A stretch of 64,000 nt of DNA. Origin: an uncultured Desulfovibrio sp. GTDB lineage: Bacteria; Desulfobacterota; Desulfovibrionia; Desulfovibrionales; Desulfovibrionaceae. Shown piece by piece: positions 39,102 to 46,947 of this stretch (position 1 is the first letter of the stretch; each line of letters starts with the position of its first letter). The DNA is taken from positions 7,812 through 71,811 of the forward strand of contig CAZFCC010000010.1 of assembly GCA_964517635.1 (NCBI GenBank), read 5' to 3'. Below the pieces are notes generated by a model that saw only the letters and a program-made list of their open reading frames with translations, was not told the DNA's origin and searched no databases. A program made the position numbers and the translations under genes.

Positions 39102-39905
39102 TTATTCTCCCTGATCCGGCCGCTCAGCAGCATGCCAGAGAAAGACGGAATCAATGCCATATGCAATAAAGCGGCTGCCTGCCGCGATCTGCCTCTTGAG
39201 CTCGGCCGGGTCGGGCTGCACAATATGCAAGCCCATGCGGGCCTTGTGGCGAACGCAGGCCGCAGCGATGCGCTCCATGGCCGCCTTGAAGTCCTTATGA
39301 TCAAACTGGCCCGTAAGCCCCATGGAGCCGGAAAGGTCGTAGGGGCCAACCATGATGGCGTCCAGGCGCGGGTGCGAGAGGATGGCGTCCAGGTTTTCCA
39401 CAGCACGGATATGCTCTATCTGCGCCACAAGAAATATTTCTGGCGCCAGGGAATTGCGATAGGCGTCAAAGTTTTTTCCAAAGGTGTTGGCTCGGCAAAA
39501 ACCCACGCCCCTGTACTCGTCGGCGGTTTCTCCGGCAGCGCGCCAATGATCCTGGCCAGGGTAAACAGCCCAGTCAATGGCGCGATCCAGTTGTTCGCGG
39601 CTTTCAATCATGGGAAAAATCAGCCCCTGAGCGCCCGCCTCAAGAGCGGACTTGATCTGGGTTTTCCCGGCTTCGGGCAGGCGGGCAAAGGGCGCTGCCC
39701 CGCCGCATTCGATGGCCCGGAAGATGCCCGGCAACCCGGTGCGGCCAAAGGAGCCGTGTTCCATATCCACAGCCACCCAATCATAGCCCGCTCGAGCCAT
39801 AAGCTCCGCCACATCAGCAGAGGGCAACTGCAGCCATGTGCCTACCGTGGCTTTGTCCGCAGCCAGAAGCGCGCGTATTTCGTGTACGGTCATATCAAAC
39901 GGCAT
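39102..39905 (-). CDS. HpcH/HpaI-family class II pyruvate aldolase
   Basis: WVAVDMEHG, LEAGAQG.IFPMI, VAQIEH and MVGPYDLSGSMG. Confidence 0.9.
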   Translation of the reverse strand: MPFDMTVHEIRALLAADKATVGTWLQLPSADVAELMARAGYDWVAVDMEHGSFGRTGLPGIFRAIECGGAAPFARLPEAGKTQIKSALEAGAQGLIFPMIESREQLDRAIDWAVYPGQDHWRAAGETADEYRGVGFCRANTFGKNFDAYRNSLAPEIFLVAQIEHIRAVENLDAILSHPRLDAIMVGPYDLSGSMGLTGQFDHKDFKAAMERIAAACVRHKARMGLHIVQPDPAELKRQIAAGSRFIAYGIDSVFLWHAAERPDQGE

Positions 39906-40075
39906 ACCGCCGCAGGGTTGAGGTTACGTACGAACTTTCAGTATACGCCCAGCCGCTGCAGCACGCAATACAGGCAGTGGGGTCTGCCTTGAGTCGCATA
40001 GTTGCAAGTCTTGTCGGAAGATGTATGTTTGCAGCAAGGGCATATGCGATTTCGCCCGTTCTGGTTTCACATTTC

Positions 40076-40217
40076 CGGAGCAGCCGGTTTTGAAGCCTAA
40101 ACTCAAAGCCGCCACATACCGCTCCGGCGCTTGACCGCGCAAATAGTGCGCTTACGCCTTTTTGGCGCGCGTTCGCCCCTTGCGGTCGTCAGGGCAATCT
40201 CAAGGTAGATTGCCCTC
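40076..40217 (-). repeat. MITE-like element, family C type 2, abutting the RBS of the MoeA-like gene
   Basis: Terminal hairpin AGGGCAATCT-caaggt-AGATTGCCCT (40191-40216); shares aaggcgtaagcgca with the 5197 copy. Confidence 0.55.
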
Positions 40218-40228
40218 AAGGAGGGTAT

Positions 40229-42211
40229 ATGGCTCCCCAAAGCAATGTCTACACGCAAACCATGCCTCTGGGCGACGCGCTGGACAAGCTGCTTGGCGCT
40301 CTGGACAAAGCCCGCGCCTCTGACGGCCTGAACCGGCTGCCGCAAGCCGTATCCTGCCCGACCAAAGACGCCCATGGCCGCGTGTTGAGTCAATTTGTCA
40401 CTGCCGCCGTTGATTTCCCTCCTTCAGCTCTGTCCGCCGCCAAGGGCTATGCCCTCAAGGCAGCAGACACCTACACCGCCGACAGCAACACTCCCGCCCT
40501 GTTACAGCAAGGCAAAAACTGCTTTGCCGTGAACCCCGGCGACATGCTGCCCCCTGGCTGCGATGCCGTGGCCCTGCCGGTTCACACGGCTGTGGACGGC
40601 AAGGGTGGCGTCAGCATCACAGCCCCCATACTGCCGTGGCTGCATGTGCGCCGGGCCGGATCCGACATGGCCGCAGGCGAAACCATTTTTCCGCGCAACC
40701 ACATTCTCCGACCCGCTGACATGGGCGCGCTGCTGGCGGCGGGAGTCGCCGAGGTGCAGGTGTGGGATCATCTGCACCTGCATCTTGCGGCCGTGAGCGC
40801 TGCTGGCCCAGATTCCGGCAAAAATCGGCTTGCCGTAACGGCCGGGGCCGAGGGCATCATCGCCGCCCTGGCGGCCCAGGCACAGGATATTGACTGTTGC
40901 ACGCACACAGCGCCCTGTCTGCAGGCCGACGGCCTGCGCGACTTTTTACGCTCCGCCCTTGAAGCTGGAGCGCATGCCCTGCTGCTGTGCCCCACAGACG
41001 ATGAAGCCCTGGTCGCCATACGCGAACTGATGGAAAAAGAAGGAAGAATTGTGGCCCCCGCCATCGGCCTCCTGCCCGGATCGCCTGCCATGACGGCCGT
41101 GTATGAGGGCAGGCCCGTTTTTTGCCTGCCGTCATCGCCTGCGGGCAGCCTCACAGCCTTTGATGCTCTGGTGGCCCCGGCCCTGCTGCTCATGTCGCGC
41201 CGGCCGGGCCTGTGTTATGCCAAAACACTGACCGGCGATGCCTCTGCGGCCGGCGAGTTGGCGGCAGAGCTGGCGACCAGCCTGCCCGCGCACCCCGGCC
41301 TTGATGTTTTTGCCCCCCTGGCCCTGGCCCGAGTGGCGCAAAAAACCATCGCCATGCCCCTGCGCATGGGCGAGGGCTATAAAAATGCGTCCCGCATCCA
41401 GGGGCATGCCCATATGGCGGCCAGCGGCAAGGGCGTGGCCCTTGGCAGCATGATTCGCGCCCGCCCCCTGCGCCCGGCCGACAGCCTGTATAATACGCTG
41501 TTTTGCGCCGGGGGCGACGATGTGCCGTTGCACCTGCTTGCCGACGAATTATTGCGCCTGCCCCATGCCGTAAACCTTGTCTGCGCTGGCGCGGATGCAG
41601 CCGACGCCGTGCAGGCCCTGAAAAGCCAGCACTGTCATATGGCCGTCTTGCATATGGCCGATGACTACAAGGGCGGCTTCAACTTTGCCTTTGTGCAGCA
41701 GCACTGGCCCGAAGGCAAGATTTCCCTGATCAATCTGGTTATCCGGCAGGTTGGCCTGGTGGTTGCTGCGGGCAATCCCCTGGGCATCAAAAGTGTGGCC
41801 GATATTAAAAGCATGAAGCTGCGCTGTGTTAACCGCCAGGCCGGCTCGAGCACCCGCATGCAGTTTGACGCGCTTTTAGGCCATGCCAACATGGGCCCAC
41901 AGGATGTCGCGGGTTATGAACATGTGGTGGAAAGCCAGCTTGCCGTCGCCGCCGCCGTGCTTACGGGCAAGGCCGACTGCGGCCCCGGCGTGGCGGCTGC
42001 AGCCAAGGCCCTGGGGCTGGACTTTATTCCCCTGGCCGCCGAGCGCTGGGATCTTGCCATCCCCGAGGCATTACGGGATGATCCCCGGGTGTTCAGCGTG
42101 GAAGGGCTGTTGCAATCGCCGGAATTTAAAAAGCGTCTTGAAAAACTTGGCGGCTACAGCACCCACCTGACCGGGCAAAAACTTGCGCTTGGCGTTCGCC
42201 TTGGGGCATGA
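40229..42211 (+). CDS. MoeA-like N-terminal region fused to a periplasmic-binding-fold domain (motif-degenerate)
   Basis: GRVL, GYA, LPPGCDAV and LRPADMGALLAAG; C-terminal GNPLGIKS...NRQAGSSTR and AAAV..GKADCG.G. Confidence 0.8.
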   Translation: MAPQSNVYTQTMPLGDALDKLLGALDKARASDGLNRLPQAVSCPTKDAHGRVLSQFVTAAVDFPPSALSAAKGYALKAADTYTADSNTPALLQQGKNCFAVNPGDMLPPGCDAVALPVHTAVDGKGGVSITAPILPWLHVRRAGSDMAAGETIFPRNHILRPADMGALLAAGVAEVQVWDHLHLHLAAVSAAGPDSGKNRLAVTAGAEGIIAALAAQAQDIDCCTHTAPCLQADGLRDFLRSALEAGAHALLLCPTDDEALVAIRELMEKEGRIVAPAIGLLPGSPAMTAVYEGRPVFCLPSSPAGSLTAFDALVAPALLLMSRRPGLCYAKTLTGDASAAGELAAELATSLPAHPGLDVFAPLALARVAQKTIAMPLRMGEGYKNASRIQGHAHMAASGKGVALGSMIRARPLRPADSLYNTLFCAGGDDVPLHLLADELLRLPHAVNLVCAGADAADAVQALKSQHCHMAVLHMADDYKGGFNFAFVQQHWPEGKISLINLVIRQVGLVVAAGNPLGIKSVADIKSMKLRCVNRQAGSSTRMQFDALLGHANMGPQDVAGYEHVVESQLAVAAAVLTGKADCGPGVAAAAKALGLDFIPLAAERWDLAIPEALRDDPRVFSVEGLLQSPEFKKRLEKLGGYSTHLTGQKLALGVRLGA

Positions 42212-42215
42212 TAAG

Positions 42216-42247
42216 AAAAAGCCCCGCCGTCGGCAAACGGAGGGGCT
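42216..42247. terminator. Hairpin between convergent genes
   Basis: AGCCCC-GCCGT-loop-ACGGA-GGGGCT preceded by an A run. Confidence 0.55.
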
Positions 42248-42301
42248 GGGTATGGACCAGACTGCGGCAGATCAGTCTGGGCCTGGAGGAGATGGGCAAT
42301 T

Positions 42302-43510
42302 TCACTGCATGGGGCGTAACGATTCGGTGTAAATTCTTGCCACAAGCTGGCGTGAAACATTGACCGGCGCTACCGAGAGCAGAAGACCCAGCGAAGGCGT
42401 CTGCTCGACGAAGTTGCAAAACTCTTCCACATCGAACTCCTGGACTCCCAAGTCCAGGAGTTTTTGCGTTATGCCCAGGCTGAATATCCATTTTTCCACA
42501 GCCCGCGCCGCTTCTGTGGCTTCTTCGGCTATGCCCCGTAAGCCGGGGGCCACCGGCCCAAGCACATGAGCCAACACCTGGGGCCTGGCGCCGTAACATT
42601 GGCCAATCACAGCGGGCAACAGGATAGCCAGGCGCATCCCGTGCGGAAGATTTCTAAAGCGCCCCAAGGGCTGCTCCAGCGCGTGAGCCATGTGCAAATG
42701 GCTGTTGTCAAAAGCCACCCCGGCCTGAAGAGCCGCCAGACACAAACCGTAGCGGGCCTTGAGGTTTTCGGGCTCCGCGAGGGCCACAGGCAACCATCGA
42801 TGAACCAGGCGCACGGTTTCGCGGGCCAGCGTAATCGCCAAAGGGTTGGCTACCGTGGCTGTGGCAGCTTCCACAACCCTACAGAACGCATTTATGGATA
42901 CATAGCGGCTTTGCTCTGCCGAAAGCCCGGCCATAAGGGCCGGGTCGTCAATAGCGTAACGGGGATACATGCAGTCATAGCCCACAATGGATCTGTGGGT
43001 GCGCCCCGAAACGGTAATCACGGCAAAACGGTTTACTTCACTGCCCGTGCCGTGCGTAAGATTGACGGCAATTAGAGGAAGGGCCTTTTGGGGCGTGAAG
43101 CGAAAACAAAAAAGATCTTCAGCGCTTTTACCAGGATTGGCCAGCAGTATGGCCGCGCTTTTGCCACAGTCCAAGGGGCTGCCGCCGCCTATGGCAAGTA
43201 CTGCTCCGGCGTTGATGGCGCGCCCAAGAGCCGCAGCATCATCCACAGTATCAGTGGTTGGGCTTGGTGTAACCCTGTTGTACAGAGCGAGAACAATGCC
43301 ATGCCTGAGTGCCGCGGCCTCTGCTTTATCCCACGCGCCTGAAGCGCGATAGGCATGCCCGCCGCAAACACAAAGAACTGCTGTTATTCCCTCACTTTTC
43401 AAAGTGCCCAGAATGGCGTCTATCTTGTCTATGGCTCCCACACCGAGGTAAGCAATGCTTTTTACACGCACCTCATGAACCACATTGTAATCGCAGCAGT
43501 CATCCCACAT
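42302..43510 (-). CDS. Iron-containing (group III) alcohol dehydrogenase homolog
   Basis: GGGSPLDCGKS, NLTHGTGSEVNRFAV and IDDPALM; ATG after GGAGG. Confidence 0.88.
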   Translation of the reverse strand: MWDDCCDYNVVHEVRVKSIAYLGVGAIDKIDAILGTLKSEGITAVLCVCGGHAYRASGAWDKAEAAALRHGIVLALYNRVTPSPTTDTVDDAAALGRAINAGAVLAIGGGSPLDCGKSAAILLANPGKSAEDLFCFRFTPQKALPLIAVNLTHGTGSEVNRFAVITVSGRTHRSIVGYDCMYPRYAIDDPALMAGLSAEQSRYVSINAFCRVVEAATATVANPLAITLARETVRLVHRWLPVALAEPENLKARYGLCLAALQAGVAFDNSHLHMAHALEQPLGRFRNLPHGMRLAILLPAVIGQCYGARPQVLAHVLGPVAPGLRGIAEEATEAARAVEKWIFSLGITQKLLDLGVQEFDVEEFCNFVEQTPSLGLLLSVAPVNVSRQLVARIYTESLRPMQ

Positions 43511-43585
43511 GGCAACCTCCGCAATCACGCCGGGCTTTTATTGCGCTGCATCAAGTTAGAACGAATATATGTTTAGGTCAAGGAG

Positions 43586-43643
43586 CTGCGCAATTTTTCA
43601 CATAAATTTGGGGCAAATAATCCTGTTGCTAAAAAATTCACAA
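43586..43643. promoter_or_regulatory. Pair of possible Rex-type operators upstream of the ADH homolog
   Basis: TTGCTAAAAAATTCACAA (43626-43643, 12/14) and CTGCGCAATTTTTCACAT (43586-43603, 10/14) versus TTGTGAA-N4-TTCACAA; 40 bp apart. Confidence 0.45.
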
Positions 43644-43921
43644 TATCCTAAACAGAAAGATTCTAAATTTTTTGCATTCTCCTGGCGAACAACGTTTCGC
43701 CAACTACCCGCCCTATATAACTTTTTTTGCTTCACTCTTTTCCTGGCGGCTCTGGCCTGCCCCACCGACTGCTTACGCCCCTGCCCCCCCCGACTGGCGA
43801 TGATCAGCATGGCTACCCTGAAGCCGGGCCTTGTGCCTGCCTCGCAACGCACAAGGCCGGAACCTTCGAGAGCAGATATACTTTCTTGTGTTATGCCTGG
43901 AAAGACGCGGCTTCTGCCCCC

Positions 43922-44032
43922 CTCAAGTCGGGAGAGTTTCTGTACAGATTGAGTCAGAAACATAGATTTTAGGGGGTGGGGGCGTGGGGGAGGCGACCCT
44001 TTTGCAAAAGGGTCTCTCCCCCACAAAGTACT
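43922..44032 (+). repeat. REP-like element, family A copy 7
   Basis: Same leader, G-run and hairpin as copy 4; downstream of the TOBE gene. Confidence 0.85.
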
Positions 44033-44051
44033 GCAACAGCCGCTTACAGTT

Positions 44052-44480
44052 TTATTTGGGCACAGCCAGAATAACCTGCGAAGCCTTCACGATGGCCGTC
44101 ACCTTGTTTCCAGCGGCCAGGGCCAGTTTTTCTACGCTGCCCATGGTCACAATGGACGTAATGCCAGCACCTCCGGGCAGATCCACCTGCACTTCGGCAT
44201 TGACTGCGCCGGGCGTAACCTTGCTGATAGTACCCGAAAACTGGTTGCGGGTGGAAAGGAGATAGTTTTCAGCATCATTCATCAGCAACACAAAGCTCGC
44301 CTTGATCAGGGCCATGGCCTCCACGCCGGGCTTGAGACCAAGCTTGCGCGTGCTCACCTGGGTAATGGAGGCCACGATGGTAATCCCCCCGTCAACGGCC
44401 AGTTCCACTTCATCATTGACAGCGCCGGATCGCACCCCCACCACTTTGCCTTTAAAAACATTTCTCGCGCTGGTTTTCAT
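44052..44480 (-). CDS. Di-TOBE/Mop molybdate-binding protein
   Basis: Two Mop repeats: SARN.F.G/STRNQF.G, GAVN.EV and ALIKAS/AIVKAS. Confidence 0.92.
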   Translation of the reverse strand: MKTSARNVFKGKVVGVRSGAVNDEVELAVDGGITIVASITQVSTRKLGLKPGVEAMALIKASFVLLMNDAENYLLSTRNQFSGTISKVTPGAVNAEVQVDLPGGAGITSIVTMGSVEKLALAAGNKVTAIVKASQVILAVPK

Positions 44481-44775
44481 AGTTTTATCCTCATATGGGG
44501 TTCTCTCTCACCCGTAATGGGCAAAAGCAGGTTCACATGGTTTTAGTATAAAACAGGACAACACGCAGCGCCATCATGACACGCTAGACAATAAACACCA
44601 CAACAAAGGCTGCAACGGCCGCCAGTTAGATATACCCGCACAGGAACCATTCCTGAAACAACATGTTTCCTGCAACGGCCGGATGGCAAAACACTCTCCC
44701 GGCTGGGGGGCAAGCGCCAGATGCCATGCTGCCGCAAAACGGCCATCCCCAGTAAATACAAAGAAATCCATACGA

Positions 44776-44804
44776 CAAAGGCCGGTCCTTCAGGACCGGC
44801 CTTG
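44776..44804. terminator. Strong palindromic hairpin
   Basis: AAGGCCGGTCCT-tc-AGGACCGGCCTT. Confidence 0.65.
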
Positions 44805-44880
44805 CATTATTGGCGCATGGGATCACGCCATTAATCTCTAATAATATTGTTCATGGGGCCGCAAGATCGGCCCCAGCGCT

Positions 44881-44961
44881 GGCCCGAACCTTGACCCGAG
44901 CGGCGGCCCGAACCTTGACCCGAGCGGCGGCCCGAACCTTGACCCGAGCGGCGGCCCGAAC
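44881..44961. repeat. 24-bp tandem repeat (GGCCCGAACCTTGACCCGAGCGGC) x3.4
   Basis: Read directly from the sequence; perfect copies. Confidence 0.95.
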
Positions 44962-45056
44962 GCGGCGGCGGACAGAACACGGCGCAAAATCTGTTGTGCA
45001 AGCCAGCGCGCAGTCTGGCGCGAGACATTTCACGCAGCCTGTCCCAAACTCTCACA

Positions 45057-45150
45057 CCTGGTGTGGCGCTCGGCCTGACGCCTGGTCTGACGGTCGGTGT
45101 GGCGTTCGGTGTGGCGCTCGGCCTGACGCCTGGTCTGACGCTCGGTCTGG
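45057..45150. repeat. Degenerate 12-bp array containing a 33-bp direct repeat
   Basis: ggtgtggcgctcggcctgacgcctggtctgacg occurs twice. Confidence 0.8.
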
Positions 45151-45194
45151 CACACCGCCTGGCGCGCATGCAAGTTCACAGGGCCTGATGCGCC

Positions 45195-45587
45195 CTAAAT
45201 ATTTTCCGTTACCCAATCCACAACCTGGGCCATACGCTTGAGCGTATAGCGCCGATGAGGGCTTTGCTGGGCCAGATCGTCCAGCGTGCCGTCCAGGCGG
45301 TAGATGCGCCAATCACCCTCGGGCAGGGCGCCTTTTTCCATTCCCTGAGTGATGGCGCTACGCGCCGCACCAGGCGAACAGAAAAGCTCAAATTCCTGCA
45401 CACCGGGGTCAAGCACCACCTGCGAACCGCTTGCAATGTCTATGATGTAATTGCCCGGAGCAAAAACATAGACAAAGGGGCAAGGTTCCACCGGAAATTC
45501 CTGCTCCGTCTCGGCCGCTGGGCCAGCCTTGACACAGGCCAGCAAGGGCAAGGCCAGCAGTGTAACCAGCAAAAGGCGTGCTTGCAT
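45195..45587 (-). CDS. Small lipoprotein of unknown function
   Basis: Lipobox LLAC; directly downstream of htpX. Confidence 0.7.
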   Translation of the reverse strand: MQARLLLVTLLALPLLACVKAGPAAETEQEFPVEPCPFVYVFAPGNYIIDIASGSQVVLDPGVQEFELFCSPGAARSAITQGMEKGALPEGDWRIYRLDGTLDDLAQQSPHRRYTLKRMAQVVDWVTENI

Positions 45588-45643
45588 TGTCTACCTCAGT
45601 ATGACGGGCGTTCGGCCCGGTTATAGCCGCCTGGGCGACCTTT

Positions 45644-46504
45644 CTAGCGCCGTGAGGCAGCCATGGCCTGAAGCCTGCGGATGCGCTCTTCCAGGGGCGG
45701 GTGCGTGCTGAAAAGATTGGCCATGCTGCTGCGGGCAAACATGGGGGACACAATAAACATCTGCTCGGTGCTGGGATTGCCTTCGCGCATGGGTATGCGC
45801 CCGCTGGCAGCGCCCAGCTTGGCAAGAGCGCCCGCCAGAGCCAGCGGCTGGCCGCAAAGCTCCGCCCCGGTGTCGTCGGCCAAGTACTCACGCGAGCGCG
45901 AAATGGCCATCTGCACAAGGCCAGCGGCCATGGGGGCCAACAAAGCCATGACCAAGGCCGCTATGGGGTTCACGCTATTGCCCTCGCCATCGCGGCTGCC
46001 GCCAAAAATGGCCGTAAACTGAAAAATATTGGCCATGGTCACAATGGCCGAAGCCATTACCCCGGCAATGGTCTGGATGAGTATGTCGCGGTTGACGATG
46101 TGGCCTATTTCATGCGCCACCACACCGCGCAACTCTTCGGGCGGCAACAGGCGCATGAGCCCTTCTGTTACGGCCACCACGGCATTTTCAGGATTGCGCC
46201 CGGTGGCGAAAGCATTGGGGGCTTCTTCGGGAACCACGCATACGCGTGGCTTGGGAATACCCGCATTATAAGACAATTCTTCAACAATTTTATGCAAATA
46301 TGGGGCTTCTTCCGGCGCAAGCTCGCGCGCACGGTACATGGATAACACGATCTTGTCCGAATACCAGTAGCTGCCCACGTTCATGAGCAGGGCCATACCG
46401 AAGGCGATGACAATGCCCGTGCGCCCGCCCAGCAGGCCGCCGAGCACAATGATGATACCCGAAAGCAAACCCAGAAGAAGAACGGTCTTGATCTGGCTGG
46501 TCAT
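45644..46504 (-). CDS. htpX: M48 zinc metalloprotease HtpX
   Basis: PNAFATGR, HEIGH, SRSREYLAD and FSTHPP.EERI. Confidence 0.95.
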   Translation of the reverse strand: MTSQIKTVLLLGLLSGIIIVLGGLLGGRTGIVIAFGMALLMNVGSYWYSDKIVLSMYRARELAPEEAPYLHKIVEELSYNAGIPKPRVCVVPEEAPNAFATGRNPENAVVAVTEGLMRLLPPEELRGVVAHEIGHIVNRDILIQTIAGVMASAIVTMANIFQFTAIFGGSRDGEGNSVNPIAALVMALLAPMAAGLVQMAISRSREYLADDTGAELCGQPLALAGALAKLGAASGRIPMREGNPSTEQMFIVSPMFARSSMANLFSTHPPLEERIRRLQAMAASRR

Positions 46505-46947
46505 GTAAACTCCTCACCTTGCGAATATTGTATGAATGCGTTTTACGCTGCATTGATGGAAAATCCACATGCACGTACTGAAACGACGTAATATCATATA
46601 AGCATTGGCCCATGGCTGGCAAGAAGCGGCGCCAGTGAAAGGCCGTAAAAATCGCACCGATCTCGCACCTGGTGGGCGGAGTGCCGGAAAGAAAACATAC
46701 AGCCCCGGAGGGGCAAAGCCCTTAACGGGCCGCAGCGCCCTTGGCACAGTCCGCCGCTGGCTGCTTGCTGCCGTCCATCGCCAGCAGTTGATTTACGCCG
46801 CTGGCGCGCTATCCGCGCAAGCAGATCAGGCTCAAGCCTTGGCACTTCACATGACCACTGTTCCAGCTTCCACACAGGCCACTGTGCCGTTACGCCGTCC
46901 GCCGCTGGCCGCTATCTGCTGCGCAGGCGGCCCAGGCCATACGCGCC

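Noticed and set aside
39910-44760. Moco riboswitch or ModE/TunR site near the MoeA-like and Mop genes
   Set aside because: No convincing consensus match could be identified by eye.
46594-46875. 93-aa minus-strand ORF between asnB and htpX
   Set aside because: No recognisable motif or clear RBS; cannot be supported, though not strictly excluded.
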